Notes: a model not told the origin generated them from the sequence alone. DNA of 34,949 nucleotides from an uncultured Sangeribacter sp. (GCA_964640365.1 CAZXHO010000001.1:1-34949); one strand, 5' to 3'. Shown: positions 9,761 through 20,005, numbered from the stretch's first letter. Translations and numbers: made by a program.

Positions 9761-12400
9761 CTATGAATGCTCAATCTCCGAAAACTTGACTTGATATGTC
9801 TCTCCGTATACCTTATGGTAGTTGGCAATAAAAGTGTCATAAAGATTTCGGGCGCGGGTCTTGTTGCCGGTTGCTTCATACGCCTTCACCCCATACTGCA
9901 TAGCCGATTCATTTAAGGCGTCTGTGAGCAACGTAAGATGACTGAACCGGATCACTTCTTTCCATTGTCGCTTCGCTGAGAACTTTTCTATAGTTTTCAA
10001 CATCACATCGAGCATGAATGCTTCAACCGGGGCCTTGTAGCGATCAAGCTCCTCAGATTCCATGCCCTGCAAAAATTTACCTTGCAGAATAATTGTTTCA
10101 ACTTCAGCTTGAGCCTCCTTCCCCGATGGTTCCTTTTGCAGGTCATTAGTCAAAGCGAATAACCTGTAAATATCCACATAACAATTCTCTCCGCTTCTAA
10201 CCATGAACCTTCCATTATCATAAACTATCTCAAGACCACTGAAATCAGAGAGTATTTTCCTTAGCTTGGCAATTGTTACATTGCGCAGATTTTTTATTTT
10301 ATCCGGTTCCTTATCCGCCCAAAACACAGCACTCAGCTCAGAAGCTGTCACACCACTCTTTTTCCATGTGCCAAGAAGAATATATATGAAAATAGCTCGT
10401 AATTTAGGACTGAAAAGATGTGTCACGTCATGTCCGGAGTTATCTATGGCAATGAAAGGACCGAAGAGCGATATTCTGTTTTCATACGGCAAGTCGGGTC
10501 TGGCAGGATTCTCCGGCTCATCACTCGGCAACGTAAACGGCATATTTTCCTGCACCGATTGTTCAGCATCAACGCCACTCTTGAGTACGGAGGATGCTTC
10601 CACGCTATCATTTACGTTGGTAAGAGCGGCATTCTTAATTTCTTTCTCAATAGGCTTTATGCGTTTTCTGTTCCTTCTGACTAAGACAAACATTACACCC
10701 ACGGCAACCAATATCAATACACCTCCAATCCAAAGCCAACACCAGTGAGCTGCTTCCGTATTTGTATCGTAGATGCTTAGTTCAGCTTTAGACACAGGAG
10801 GAGCCACTATGGAATAGATACGCGTATTTGTCGCACCCTCTTTTTCGAATTCCTGCAACACGCAATAAATCACCTCACCGTCTTCGGGCATATATAAAGA
10901 TACATTTGTGGCAATTTCCTCCGAAATCATAGGTATGGTATCGCCAACAGCTATCTCACTTCCGTCAGAGATTGATATTTGATATAGCTGAAGAGTAGTA
11001 TGAGGCTTGTATTCCGCATATGTCATGGCATACATAATGCCACGAGAACCGTCTACAAGAAGAGTTCTTGCCGGCACCCTCTCTTTGTCCGGAGTTTTAT
11101 GTGTCCACAACTTTCGTGCCGTGGAATCACTAAGGGTGATCCGATAAAAATCATAAAAATATTTCACTCCCAAATCCTGTTTACCTTCCTGATTACCCTT
11201 ACCTCCGTAAAGATAAAGCGTATCGCCCGATTCGGAAGCATCCATTGAAGCAAAGAAGCGGGGAGCAATAAAATCACCCTTTAGAGGAATAGTATCAAAC
11301 TTATGTGTGTAAAGATTAAACTTTACAAGCTGATTGGAGTATTTCCGGTCGCCATAACCGCCAAAAAACAACATCGCGCTGTCGTTGGAACACCAAACAT
11401 GGGCATGATGATGAATGGCTTTGTTGTCAACTGTCGCCAACAATTCCCTCCATCTGCCCGAAGCGGGATCAATCTCATAGCTGTAGTTGTCGTAATAAAT
11501 CTCATAAGGATAAATTCGTTTTTGCTTCCCACTATAGAAATTCATGCCATGTTTGACAGGCAACAATCCGGTCCCCGTAAGTGCAATGCGTGTTGTCTCC
11601 CCCTTGATATCATCATAGATGGCGAGTGTATCGGCATTATAAGAATAAAACTTTCTGGCAATGGGATCAAAAGAACAACCTGAGGGTGTCGGTGAACTGA
11701 ATTCCACAAGTTTCTCCCAATAATACGACCGATTTATTTGCCAATTGGGATTGAACACCCTACCGGCTACTTTTCCCCTCGAATCATGAACCCGGGTTCC
11801 TGTACTTTCATTGAGAGGGATTTCAGTTCTCGTCCCGTCTACCTCGATTTCAAGGTCGGAAACTGTCACAGACGCGGTTTCCACTATATAGCGTGTAAGA
11901 CCAAAATTTATTTGAGGAAGAAAATCTCCCGAATCAAGGCCAAGGTTAGTCAAAGGAAATTCTTTACCATCTATAATAGCCTTACCACCGTCCTTACTCC
12001 TGTCTATCCACACTTCCACACCAATTTTTCGGCTCAGAAGTTCTGTGCCGGTAAAACCCACGCTGCAGAATTCGCGCTCACCCTCTCGGTTGAGAGATAT
12101 ATAAAACATATCCTCTTCCCGGCCTTTCCACATCATCAAATTGAGCATGTTCGAAGAATCACGGTCTTTTATACCGAAAATAAAGCCGGAACTATTGACA
12201 TTGTTAACCTTTAATGAAAATGATACTCTGATTTTATCGGCAGAGTTCACCTTGCTGTCAGGGTCAGGCAATATGAGTCCGGAGCGGTTGGCTATATCCG
12301 TTTCATTCCCATGAAACAACAAGCCTTGGCATCGGACTTGCGGTACGTATACTGCCACAATAATAATCAAGACTGATAAAGCTCGTATAAGTCTGTTCAT
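9761..12400 (-). CDS. Membrane-spanning one-component regulator: periplasmic Kelch-like propeller, TM helix, cytoplasmic SARP-like wHTH plus BTAD
   Basis: Signal peptide; Kelch-like FFGGYG and YLYGGKG repeats; TM WCWLWIGGVLILVAVGVMFVLV followed by RRNRKR; ISLFGPF..LRAIFIYILL..ELSAVFW..NLRNVTIAKLRKIL; DALNESAMQYGVKAY..G..ARNLY. Confidence 0.75.
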   Translation of the reverse strand: MNRLIRALSVLIIIVAVYVPQVRCQGLLFHGNETDIANRSGLILPDPDSKVNSADKIRVSFSLKVNNVNSSGFIFGIKDRDSSNMLNLMMWKGREEDMFYISLNREGEREFCSVGFTGTELLSRKIGVEVWIDRSKDGGKAIIDGKEFPLTNLGLDSGDFLPQINFGLTRYIVETASVTVSDLEIEVDGTRTEIPLNESTGTRVHDSRGKVAGRVFNPNWQINRSYYWEKLVEFSSPTPSGCSFDPIARKFYSYNADTLAIYDDIKGETTRIALTGTGLLPVKHGMNFYSGKQKRIYPYEIYYDNYSYEIDPASGRWRELLATVDNKAIHHHAHVWCSNDSAMLFFGGYGDRKYSNQLVKFNLYTHKFDTIPLKGDFIAPRFFASMDASESGDTLYLYGGKGNQEGKQDLGVKYFYDFYRITLSDSTARKLWTHKTPDKERVPARTLLVDGSRGIMYAMTYAEYKPHTTLQLYQISISDGSEIAVGDTIPMISEEIATNVSLYMPEDGEVIYCVLQEFEKEGATNTRIYSIVAPPVSKAELSIYDTNTEAAHWCWLWIGGVLILVAVGVMFVLVRRNRKRIKPIEKEIKNAALTNVNDSVEASSVLKSGVDAEQSVQENMPFTLPSDEPENPARPDLPYENRISLFGPFIAIDNSGHDVTHLFSPKLRAIFIYILLGTWKKSGVTASELSAVFWADKEPDKIKNLRNVTIAKLRKILSDFSGLEIVYDNGRFMVRSGENCYVDIYRLFALTNDLQKEPSGKEAQAEVETIILQGKFLQGMESEELDRYKAPVEAFMLDVMLKTIEKFSAKRQWKEVIRFSHLTLLTDALNESAMQYGVKAYEATGNKTRARNLYDTFIANYHKVYGETYQVKFSEIEHS

Positions 12401-12479
12401 TGTTTGCGTACTGTCATATTTTACTTGTCAGTAGTGATCGGCTAATTCCCAGGGGGGGGTGGACTCACGGTTTCGACCA

Positions 12480-12487
12480 CAAATATA
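12480..12487 (-). promoter_or_regulatory. Candidate -7 element for the Kelch/SARP regulator
   Basis: TATATTTG on the minus strand about 80 nt upstream of ATG 12400. Confidence 0.5.
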
Positions 12488-12733
12488 TACAAAATTTATC
12501 GTATTTCAACTTATCAGGTTGAAATACTGATTATGGAGGGACTTTAGTTTGTTTACAAATGAGTGAAAAATAAAACAAAATACAGAGAAATTAGGAATAA
12601 AATATCTATGCTTCATATATGAAAAACTATGTCCCGTAGTTGTTTGTAATATTATGAGGAAGGTAACGTTTTCTTCCTGATTAATTTAGTTATTTGTTCA
12701 AGTTGACTTTAAGGAAGTCTTAAAAATAAAATT

Positions 12734-13267
12734 ATGGAATTTGAGAAAAAACTGGTGGATGACCTCCACAAATATCTTGTAAGTGAAGGGAAAGTAGATG
12801 AAAAACTTCCGGAATGTCCCGATTTGGAAGATCTTTGGCGTCCTGTAGTTAAAGCCTATATACCCGACGGAGTAAAGGAATTTCAGGAATATCCTGTGTC
12901 CTCTTTAGGATGGATCATGTTCATTGGAATGGCTTTGGCAAAGTATTGGGATGTGGATTGGACAAAATATTCCGGAGAGTCGGGAGAAAGTCTTTATAAA
13001 TCGCTGCGCGATGCCAAAGGTTATGACAATCTCGATGACTATATTCTTGAGGATGTCCTCGGTCTTGATAAAGAAGAGGCAGAAAAAACAGGAGCCATAG
13101 TAGGGGAGTGTGCAGCACGAAGCCTTAGCGCTCTTCAGCATTCGGGAATAGAACCGGGTACAAAAGAAGCCTCACAGGCCTACATATCAGCATTACATGC
13201 ACTCTATACAATGGGCATAGCATTGGAACTTAACGCCCTCGGATACCATATGACAAAAATAGGGTAG
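12734..13267 (+). CDS. Hypothetical acidic cytoplasmic protein
   Basis: 177-aa ORF with AT-rich leader and natural-looking composition; no motif recognised. Confidence 0.75.
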   Translation: MEFEKKLVDDLHKYLVSEGKVDEKLPECPDLEDLWRPVVKAYIPDGVKEFQEYPVSSLGWIMFIGMALAKYWDVDWTKYSGESGESLYKSLRDAKGYDNLDDYILEDVLGLDKEEAEKTGAIVGECAARSLSALQHSGIEPGTKEASQAYISALHALYTMGIALELNALGYHMTKIG

Positions 13268-13320
13268 AAGAGCCAAGAAACTGTTCTCTCATAAGTCACA
13301 GCAACTCCAATATGATCAAA

Positions 13321-13363
13321 GCCATAGAGGGATTCATGGTCTACACAATGATCCCGCTATGGC
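13321..13363. terminator. Hairpin between convergent genes
   Basis: GCCATAG-a-GGGAT ... ATCCC-g-CTATGGC, flanked by AAA and ATTTT. Confidence 0.5.
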
Positions 13364-13454
13364 ATTTTCATATCCATCACCCCACAACTTATTACAAAAC
13401 TCAACTATTACACATTGCTCTACGATATTTCGTCCATTTGATTTATTAGATTAA

Positions 13455-16045
13455 TCATTTCTTTAAATAAACTGAGATCATGAACTCACGACCCCGCAAT
13501 ATGCTTGATCGTTCATGTTGAGCCAGCGCACCATAGGTAGTGTAACTGTAGGTTTTATGATTCAGGATATTAGTAACGGATGCAGAGATTTCAAAGCGCT
13601 TACCAACATTAAATGTTAATTTGGAATCAAGCATCAGGAGGTCTTTGTAACTATTTCCTACTATGCTGTTACGGTAGTATTCTCCGCCTATATAAAAAGT
13701 TAGAATGTCACAAGGTATTAGGGCGACACTCCCCGAATAGATATAATTTGATACTTCCCGTCCTGAAAGACCTGTCATATAGAGCCACGACTTATCCCAA
13801 GTAAATCTGAGATTCCAGTTGATTATGCCGGAAATATTTCCCCTCACATCCGGATTTAAACGAAATGAGTCATTCTTGTAGGCTGTCGCAGTTCCCTGCG
13901 ACACGATATTATTACTTATTCTATTGTAATTAGAATTCAGGCTAACCGATCCTCCCATGAAATCCAGTGTTTTACTTATATGTATCAGTGCAGTAGCGAT
14001 TCCTGAATCAGACGGACGAGAACGGTAAGAATGAAAGATATAATCTCCTACTATGTTTTGTACCATACCGGCTTTAGACTTATTCCATCCGTAATTACCC
14101 ATAGCCCTCAGGGAAAGTCCATTAAGGATGTTGGAATAAGTATAGGCTACTGCCACAGACTGTCCCGAAGTTGAATAATAGTCATCAACTCCGGCATTGA
14201 AAGACCTGTAATCGGTTAGGATTGAAGAGTCGTGAATGTCATGAAGGGAGGCGGGAGAACGGCGCAAGCTACCGCTCAGAATCATAGCCATAGATGGTGT
14301 TGGTTGATATCTCATCGTTAATGAGGGAGAGACAAAATATTCTACTCTATTACTTATACCTCCTGAAAAAAAATAGGAATAAAAATTGACAGGTATATCA
14401 AACGTAAGACCTATTTTTCTATGATTCCATTCTAATTTCGGTGAAGCAAATACACGCAAGTAGTTAGTAGTCAGTTCCTCTCCGTTTGATTGTCCTAAAA
14501 TCTCCAAACCAAATAAATCCGTATTCAGGTTACGCAGATAAGCTGATATACCGGCATTTAGAGATAGATACAAGGGTTTGAATACAAATCCCAAGGCAGC
14601 ACGTTCATCTGTAAAGAACGCATTTTGTTTTATACGTTCTCCGTAATTTTCATCATTGCGGACCACTTTCAGTTTTTCAGGGAGCGAACTCCATTTATTA
14701 CGGCTTGTAAATGTAACCAACTTGTTATTATTGAAACGTTTGATAACTTTCAATAAATTGTTAACATAACCTTCCCTTCTTTCTGCATGCTGGGAATTAT
14801 TAATATTACCTTTTACATCTAAGCTGCGGCTATCCCATGAAAAATCGGCATTGAGAGTATTGTTAAGAAAATAATATTTTTCATTCACCTCGTATGAAAA
14901 CTTTCCTGTGACCGCTTTTTTATGTGCAAGAGAGTTGATATCTTCAATAATTACCTTATCGCCGGAATCAAGGAAATAAGTTGTCTTATTAATGACCCCG
15001 GAGGTCACTCTATCTTGGTTATAGTCTACTTGAAACTTAATTTCCCCATTCTTCTTGGTTTTATAAGATGGCTCGAAGATACCATCCATGAGCGGTTTAA
15101 ATAAGTCCTGCTTCTTTGTAGGTTAGGTACAGCTACGGTGGAAAGGGAGATATAGCCTTTCAGATTCTCATCTCTATTATCGGAAGTGAAATCTATAAGT
15201 TGATCGGAAAGATTACGGCCCGTGTTGTTACCCTTTAACGTAGTAATCATTTGGTAGTTACCTTTAATCATCATGGTGAATATATCACCTTGCCATAGGC
15301 TTCCACACGGTTGTTGAGACCATCCGCCACCCAACATACCATGAACAAGAAAAGTAGCTTTAGCCTTATTTTTCATTTTCAGATTAATTGCTGCCTGCTC
15401 TGAGAAACTTAGCCCTCTTAAAACTTGCATGGGCTCATGTTTCTCCATCACTTCCACAGCCCCGACATCGTCATGGGCTATTCCATTCGTTGCTACTCCA
15501 TATTTTCCTCCAAGAAGGTCATTTCCTTCTATATAAAATTTATTTATATCCGTGCCTTGATACTGTATCTTACCATTATTAGCCACGTCAATCCCAGGTA
15601 ACCTCTTTAGTACATCGCCTATTGTTCGGTCTTGCTTTTGGGCAAAACTACCGACATTGTATACTATTGTATCACCGTTTTGACGTATTTTATCGGCTTT
15701 GACTACGACCTCTTCCAATCTCATAGCTCCAATCTCCATGGGTATGCTTATTGGCTGCCCATCAAATCTCACGACTTTGGAATATGGTTGATAATTCATC
15801 ATAGTAGCACTTATCACAATACTGTCAGCTAATTCCTTTGTCTTAATAGAAAAATTTCCGTTTTCGTCAGAAGAAGAATATCCAATAAGTTTTCCATTAA
15901 GGTTCTTAACTATTATATTAGATCCCACTACCGGCTGGTGAGAAATTTTTTCGTAAATATCACCATGAATTAGAGCCTGTGCCATAAGTAACGGACAGCC
16001 AATCAAAAACATGAATAATAAACTAAGATCCCTACTTTTCTTCAT
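13455..16045 (-). pseudogene. GLPGLI-associated outer-membrane beta-barrel/TonB-dependent-like receptor with N-terminal CarboxypepD_reg-like domain, split by a 1-bp frameshift near 15059-15062
   Basis: N-half from ATG 16045 (MKKSRDLSLL; LEEVVVKA, GDTIVYNV, DVLKRLPGIDV, INKFYIEG) stops at 15026. C-half continues in another frame to a barrel-like end LRGREFMISVYLKK. One extra A gives continuous SSHLIK-TKKNGEIKFQVDY. Confidence 0.8.
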
Positions 16046-16910
16046 GGGGATAATCGGTTTCCTCAAAATCATAGTTTGAATGGGGTTTATGAGCCCTTTT
16101 CTTTGCCTTTGAAGGATCAAGACCATATTTCCCTGACATAAAGATTTTATACCCAAGGTCTTCATGAAGAGCTTTGTACTTTCTTTGGAGAGCCTTTATC
16201 CTTTCAGACTTTGTATGGCCAGATCCCGGATGGAAATCCTTAACGTATCCTATACCCTCTGTTTCCACAGAAACTGCCTCATACCTGTAATCCTGCCGCA
16301 AGTCTTCGGCAAGAAGGATAAGACCCGGTAAGCCCCAGAGTTTCCAAGGACCATCAGATATCGGTATCTCAGGTGTGAAGTAGACTTTCCAGTTTCGTCC
16401 CCTAAAACTACATGTTGCCATTATGCACTCATAGTTTAGCATAAGAGCCGTAGAATCGGGATATACTTCCCAGGCAGGCTTTTCAAGAGACTCCGGTATC
16501 TTCCAGCCCATCAAATCAAAACGGTCATATGTGATCAGGGCTCCCTCACTAAAATTCTTGAACACCGCATCTCTCGGAAGACGGTAATGTCTCCTTGATG
16601 CCTCCCTGTCATCCCATAATGCGTGGCGGTAGGCTTCATTCTTGCGGATGATGGAATCCTCCTTAACACACTCTTCATTGAAAAATGAACTGATATTGTT
16701 TCCTATTTTAAGAGTCATCGGATACCTTTTGAAATCCCCGAGACGGTCAAGAGTATCAGTCACAATTGTTCTTTCGTATACCACCTTGACCAAAGCTTTT
16801 TCAATTATTGTATCGGTTTTGGCAGCCGACAGATTCAAACCACATTGCAGCCACACCAAGATGCCCAACGCAATTTCCCAACACATCCTGACTGTCTGTT
16901 TTTTTCTCAT
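16032..16910 (-). CDS. GLPGLI family protein
   Basis: C..ATCSFRGRNWKVYFTPEIPISDGPWKLWGLPGLILLAED signature; signal peptide; stop overlaps the start of the barrel gene. Confidence 0.93.
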   Translation of the reverse strand: MRKKQTVRMCWEIALGILVWLQCGLNLSAAKTDTIIEKALVKVVYERTIVTDTLDRLGDFKRYPMTLKIGNNISSFFNEECVKEDSIIRKNEAYRHALWDDREASRRHYRLPRDAVFKNFSEGALITYDRFDLMGWKIPESLEKPAWEVYPDSTALMLNYECIMATCSFRGRNWKVYFTPEIPISDGPWKLWGLPGLILLAEDLRQDYRYEAVSVETEGIGYVKDFHPGSGHTKSERIKALQRKYKALHEDLGYKIFMSGKYGLDPSKAKKRAHKPHSNYDFEETDYPHEEK

Positions 16911-16981
16911 ATTATAACTTTATCAGTTTAAAATTTTCGGACTAAAGTTATATTCAAATTTATGGTAACGGATAAAAAATG

Positions 16982-17027
16982 AGTTCAGTTTTTGTTCAGA
17001 AATTAGTGACCGAACAAAAACCGAACT
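16982..17027 (-). terminator. 18-bp inverted repeat: terminator of the TPR gene and/or operator upstream of GLPGLI
   Basis: AGTTCAGTTTTTGTTCAG / CCGAACAAAAACCGAACT; both mismatches are G.U pairs in the minus-strand RNA, followed by CAUUUUUU. Confidence 0.6.
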
Positions 17028-17049
17028 ATAAATATATTATATAATATTC

Positions 17050-18768
17050 TTATAATAAGTGAATTATATCATCAACAACATTAAGTTCCATCTTCTTGTC
17101 AAATAGCTTCAACCCAAGGACGTCTTTTCTATACACAATGGTAGATTTCGCCCTATCAACCAGGCAAGAGATATTAGTAGAGCTGATTCCACATTTAATC
17201 AGAAGCACAAGATGAAAATCTGTCGGTTTAATTTTACCACCTGCAAGGATATTGATTCGCTTTTTTAAATTGGGATAACTTTTAAGCACCACCTCCTCAA
17301 GCTTACTCCAAAGAGGATTGTTTTCCGTTAGAATACGGTTAGTGCGTACATATTCACAAAGTTGATGGTAAGCTTCAGAGTCTAATATAGCATAAGGAAC
17401 TGATTTTGAGGGTACACCGGTCTGTCGGAGAGCAAGAATTTTCTCTCTCATATCTGCCTGCATATTTTCCATCTTAACCGCATTCCCTACTAAAAAACAC
17501 TCTTGCAAATTAATCGGCTGGAAGCCTTCTATCAACTCCCTCTTTTCGAGGGAATCACAAAGCATGCTCACATATCCAATTGTCTGAGGCATTTCTAATA
17601 ATTGCGATTCATGCCTATTTCGTGATAATAACAAGAAAATTCCCATTATTAGCAATAGAAACACGCTGCCTCCAAGCACACAGTATAACCTACGGTTATC
17701 TGCTTGCGCCGGCAGCATTTTACTTTCGTGTATGTAATAGTTGTAAAAAGAATTTTGAATCAGTGCTTCCTGATTTCCGTTTATAAGGATAGATCTCTCC
17801 ATCTCATCCCAAAACTCATTGAGGTGGATTCTCAGACTGTCAGGCGATACAAATTTTTTTAATTCCGGAGAAAACATGAGCCCATATCCATATTTTCTAT
17901 TTGTAGAACCGGTCATGTTAAGAAGCTTGTTGGCAAATAACAAGGCTGAGTCGGGCATTTCCGCTTTTCTATATATTAAACCAGCGTATGAGAGAGTCAT
18001 GGCATTACTGAATAAGATGGAATCCCGCAAGGAGCTATGGATGAAATACAGAGCTGAGTCTATATCCTCCGCATTATATTTCAGGGCACCAAGATATACA
18101 TTATGCCTGGATGTATCTGAAGGCGATATGAGAGCTCCAAGCTTTTTTGCCTTCTTAATATTATTAGTTGACAGGATATATTCCTGCTTTTGTAAATATA
18201 TGTTTGCCAGAAGTTCAGTGGCATACATAAGTTTTATGGAATCTTGGTTCGCTACGTTACACTCAATTGTCCTTTCTACATAAGGGATCGCCCTATCATA
18301 TAGACGCAGTGTAGTAAACACACGGGCTGTTTGCCATAATATATTTCCCTTCAAGGTCACATCTTTTCCCGTCTCCCCAAACTTGTCTAAGGCAGTATGA
18401 TAGTAATTTAAGGCAGTTAAAAAGTCACCCATATCATGATAGACCCTTCCTGCGTAATACAATGCCTCGGTATATCTTCCAAAATGCTTATTATTTTCTT
18501 CGTAACCGATCACTCTCAATATGAGGCTGTCGGAGGTGTGCTCTATAAATGCCCTCTCTTTTGACTTTATCAATAAGAAGTCATAATAATGTCTATCCGG
18601 ATCCGACAGACGGTGGCAATTGATAGACACAAGCGAGTCAAGCGCTTCTTGTGGAGAATGCGATATCAGTTCTTCTATAGCAACCAGGCGCGGATCAGGG
18701 GGAGGGTGATTGCCACAACCGGAGAAGAATATGGAAAATAGAAAAAGTAGGATTATACCGACAATCAT
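17050..18768 (-). CDS. TPR-containing membrane-anchored putative transcriptional regulator (TPR sensor, TM, C-terminal HTH)
   Basis: Lipobox-like FFSGC; TPR EALYYAGRVYHDMGDFLTALNYYHTAL; TM LYCVLGGSVFLLLIMGIFLLL; C-terminal LLIKCGISSTNISCLVDRAKSTIVYRK (LuxR-like HTH). Confidence 0.75.
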   Translation of the reverse strand: MIVGIILLFLFSIFFSGCGNHPPPDPRLVAIEELISHSPQEALDSLVSINCHRLSDPDRHYYDFLLIKSKERAFIEHTSDSLILRVIGYEENNKHFGRYTEALYYAGRVYHDMGDFLTALNYYHTALDKFGETGKDVTLKGNILWQTARVFTTLRLYDRAIPYVERTIECNVANQDSIKLMYATELLANIYLQKQEYILSTNNIKKAKKLGALISPSDTSRHNVYLGALKYNAEDIDSALYFIHSSLRDSILFSNAMTLSYAGLIYRKAEMPDSALLFANKLLNMTGSTNRKYGYGLMFSPELKKFVSPDSLRIHLNEFWDEMERSILINGNQEALIQNSFYNYYIHESKMLPAQADNRRLYCVLGGSVFLLLIMGIFLLLSRNRHESQLLEMPQTIGYVSMLCDSLEKRELIEGFQPINLQECFLVGNAVKMENMQADMREKILALRQTGVPSKSVPYAILDSEAYHQLCEYVRTNRILTENNPLWSKLEEVVLKSYPNLKKRINILAGGKIKPTDFHLVLLIKCGISSTNISCLVDRAKSTIVYRKDVLGLKLFDKKMELNVVDDIIHLL

Positions 18769-18816
18769 ATAGGGAAACTATTTGGTTGAAATTCACACTA
18801 TCTGCAAGATTTCCCC

Positions 18817-18855
18817 CAAAGGTAAATAAAAAATCGCATTTATTATTTATATTTG
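18817..18855. promoter_or_regulatory. Back-to-back -7 elements for the TPR gene (minus) and GH43 (plus)
   Basis: TACCTTTG on minus at 18817-18824; TATATTTG on plus at 18848-18855. Confidence 0.5.
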
Positions 18856-18903
18856 CATAAAGAATTCTGTATATAGTCACATAACGGAATGTTGTAGAGT
18901 ATT

Positions 18904-19908
18904 ATGAATTTCAAAAATAAATCTATGAAACTATTTTCACCCCTTGTTGGCTTGGCTGTAGTGATGCTGTCTGTACCTGCTTTCGGACAGGCACACCGGC
19001 AGCCCAAGTTTAGAACTGATGTGCCCCGTGACTCCATAATTCTGAGTGATCCGGCAATCCTGGCAGACAAAGCTACCGGGACATACTATATGACAGGAAC
19101 CGGAGGAATGCTTTGGAAAAGTAAGGATCTTGAAAAATGGGACGGTCCGACAAAAGTGACAATTCCTGATTCACTTTCATGGACCGGGGCAAACCCTGCA
19201 ATATGGGCTGCTGAACTCCATAAATATGACGGCAAATATTATTATTTCGCTACTTTCACCAATGAAAAGACACGCCTTCCGGGAGATTTACCCAGAAGAA
19301 GTTCTGCAATTTTCTCATCCGATAGCCCGGAAGGTCCCTATACTCCGATAGCTTCCCGGAGCCAGACACCCGAAGAGAAACTGACTCTCGACGGAACATT
19401 CTGGGTTGAAGACGGTGTCCCCTATATGGTATATTGCCACGAATGGCTACAGAACAATGACGGGACGGTTGAGATGATTCCTCTCACTTCAGATCTTACA
19501 AAAGCCACCGGCGAACCAGTGCTTCTATTCCGTGCTTCCGAGTCCCCATGGAGCAGGGAGAAGATTGATGGTAAAGTTGGTCCTAACCGTGTCACCGATG
19601 GGCCTTGGCTGTTTCGTACCGGGACAGGGAGACTGGGCATGATATGGACAAGCTGGATATACGATGTCTATACTCAAGGTGTGGCATATTCTGAAAGCGG
19701 GACACTCGCCGGTCCGTGGATACAGGAGCCGGAGCCGATTACTCCGCCCAATTTCGGTCACGGAATGATATTCACCGATTTTGATGGGCGGACACTGCTT
19801 TCCTGCCATTCCCACCGTGTTGGTGAAAAAGGACGATACATTAGGGTTCCACACTTATTTGAGATCGATCTTTCAGGTGATAAATTAGAAGTAATCAGAC
19901 AACTCTGA
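18904..19908 (+). CDS. Glycoside hydrolase family 43 (five-bladed propeller), secreted; start may be 18925
   Basis: SDPAI, WAAELH, TLDGT, YCHEW, VTDGPW, FGHGMIF motifs; signal peptide. Confidence 0.9.
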   Translation: MNFKNKSMKLFSPLVGLAVVMLSVPAFGQAHRQPKFRTDVPRDSIILSDPAILADKATGTYYMTGTGGMLWKSKDLEKWDGPTKVTIPDSLSWTGANPAIWAAELHKYDGKYYYFATFTNEKTRLPGDLPRRSSAIFSSDSPEGPYTPIASRSQTPEEKLTLDGTFWVEDGVPYMVYCHEWLQNNDGTVEMIPLTSDLTKATGEPVLLFRASESPWSREKIDGKVGPNRVTDGPWLFRTGTGRLGMIWTSWIYDVYTQGVAYSESGTLAGPWIQEPEPITPPNFGHGMIFTDFDGRTLLSCHSHRVGEKGRYIRVPHLFEIDLSGDKLEVIRQL

Positions 19909-19965
19909 ACACATTAAGATCCCGACTAATAGAAAATCAGTTTGTCGGAGGTCGCAGCAGAATAT

Positions 19966-20005
19966 GAAATATCCCCTTTACCGGTTTTGTGAAAGGGGAT
20001 ATTTC
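19966..20005. terminator. Bidirectional terminator between GH43 and tolC
   Basis: Perfect 14-bp arms GAAATATCCCCTTT / AAAGGGGATATTTC. Confidence 0.75.

Noticed and set aside
16046-16165. N-terminal extension of ORF 15026..16165
   Set aside because: It overlaps the GLPGLI gene; the signal peptide begins at ATG 16045.
19591-19605. GH43 with Asp (VTDGP) where the catalytic Glu (EGP) is expected
   Set aside because: From recollection this variant is usual in one GH43 subgroup, so it is not evidence of inactivation; not verified.
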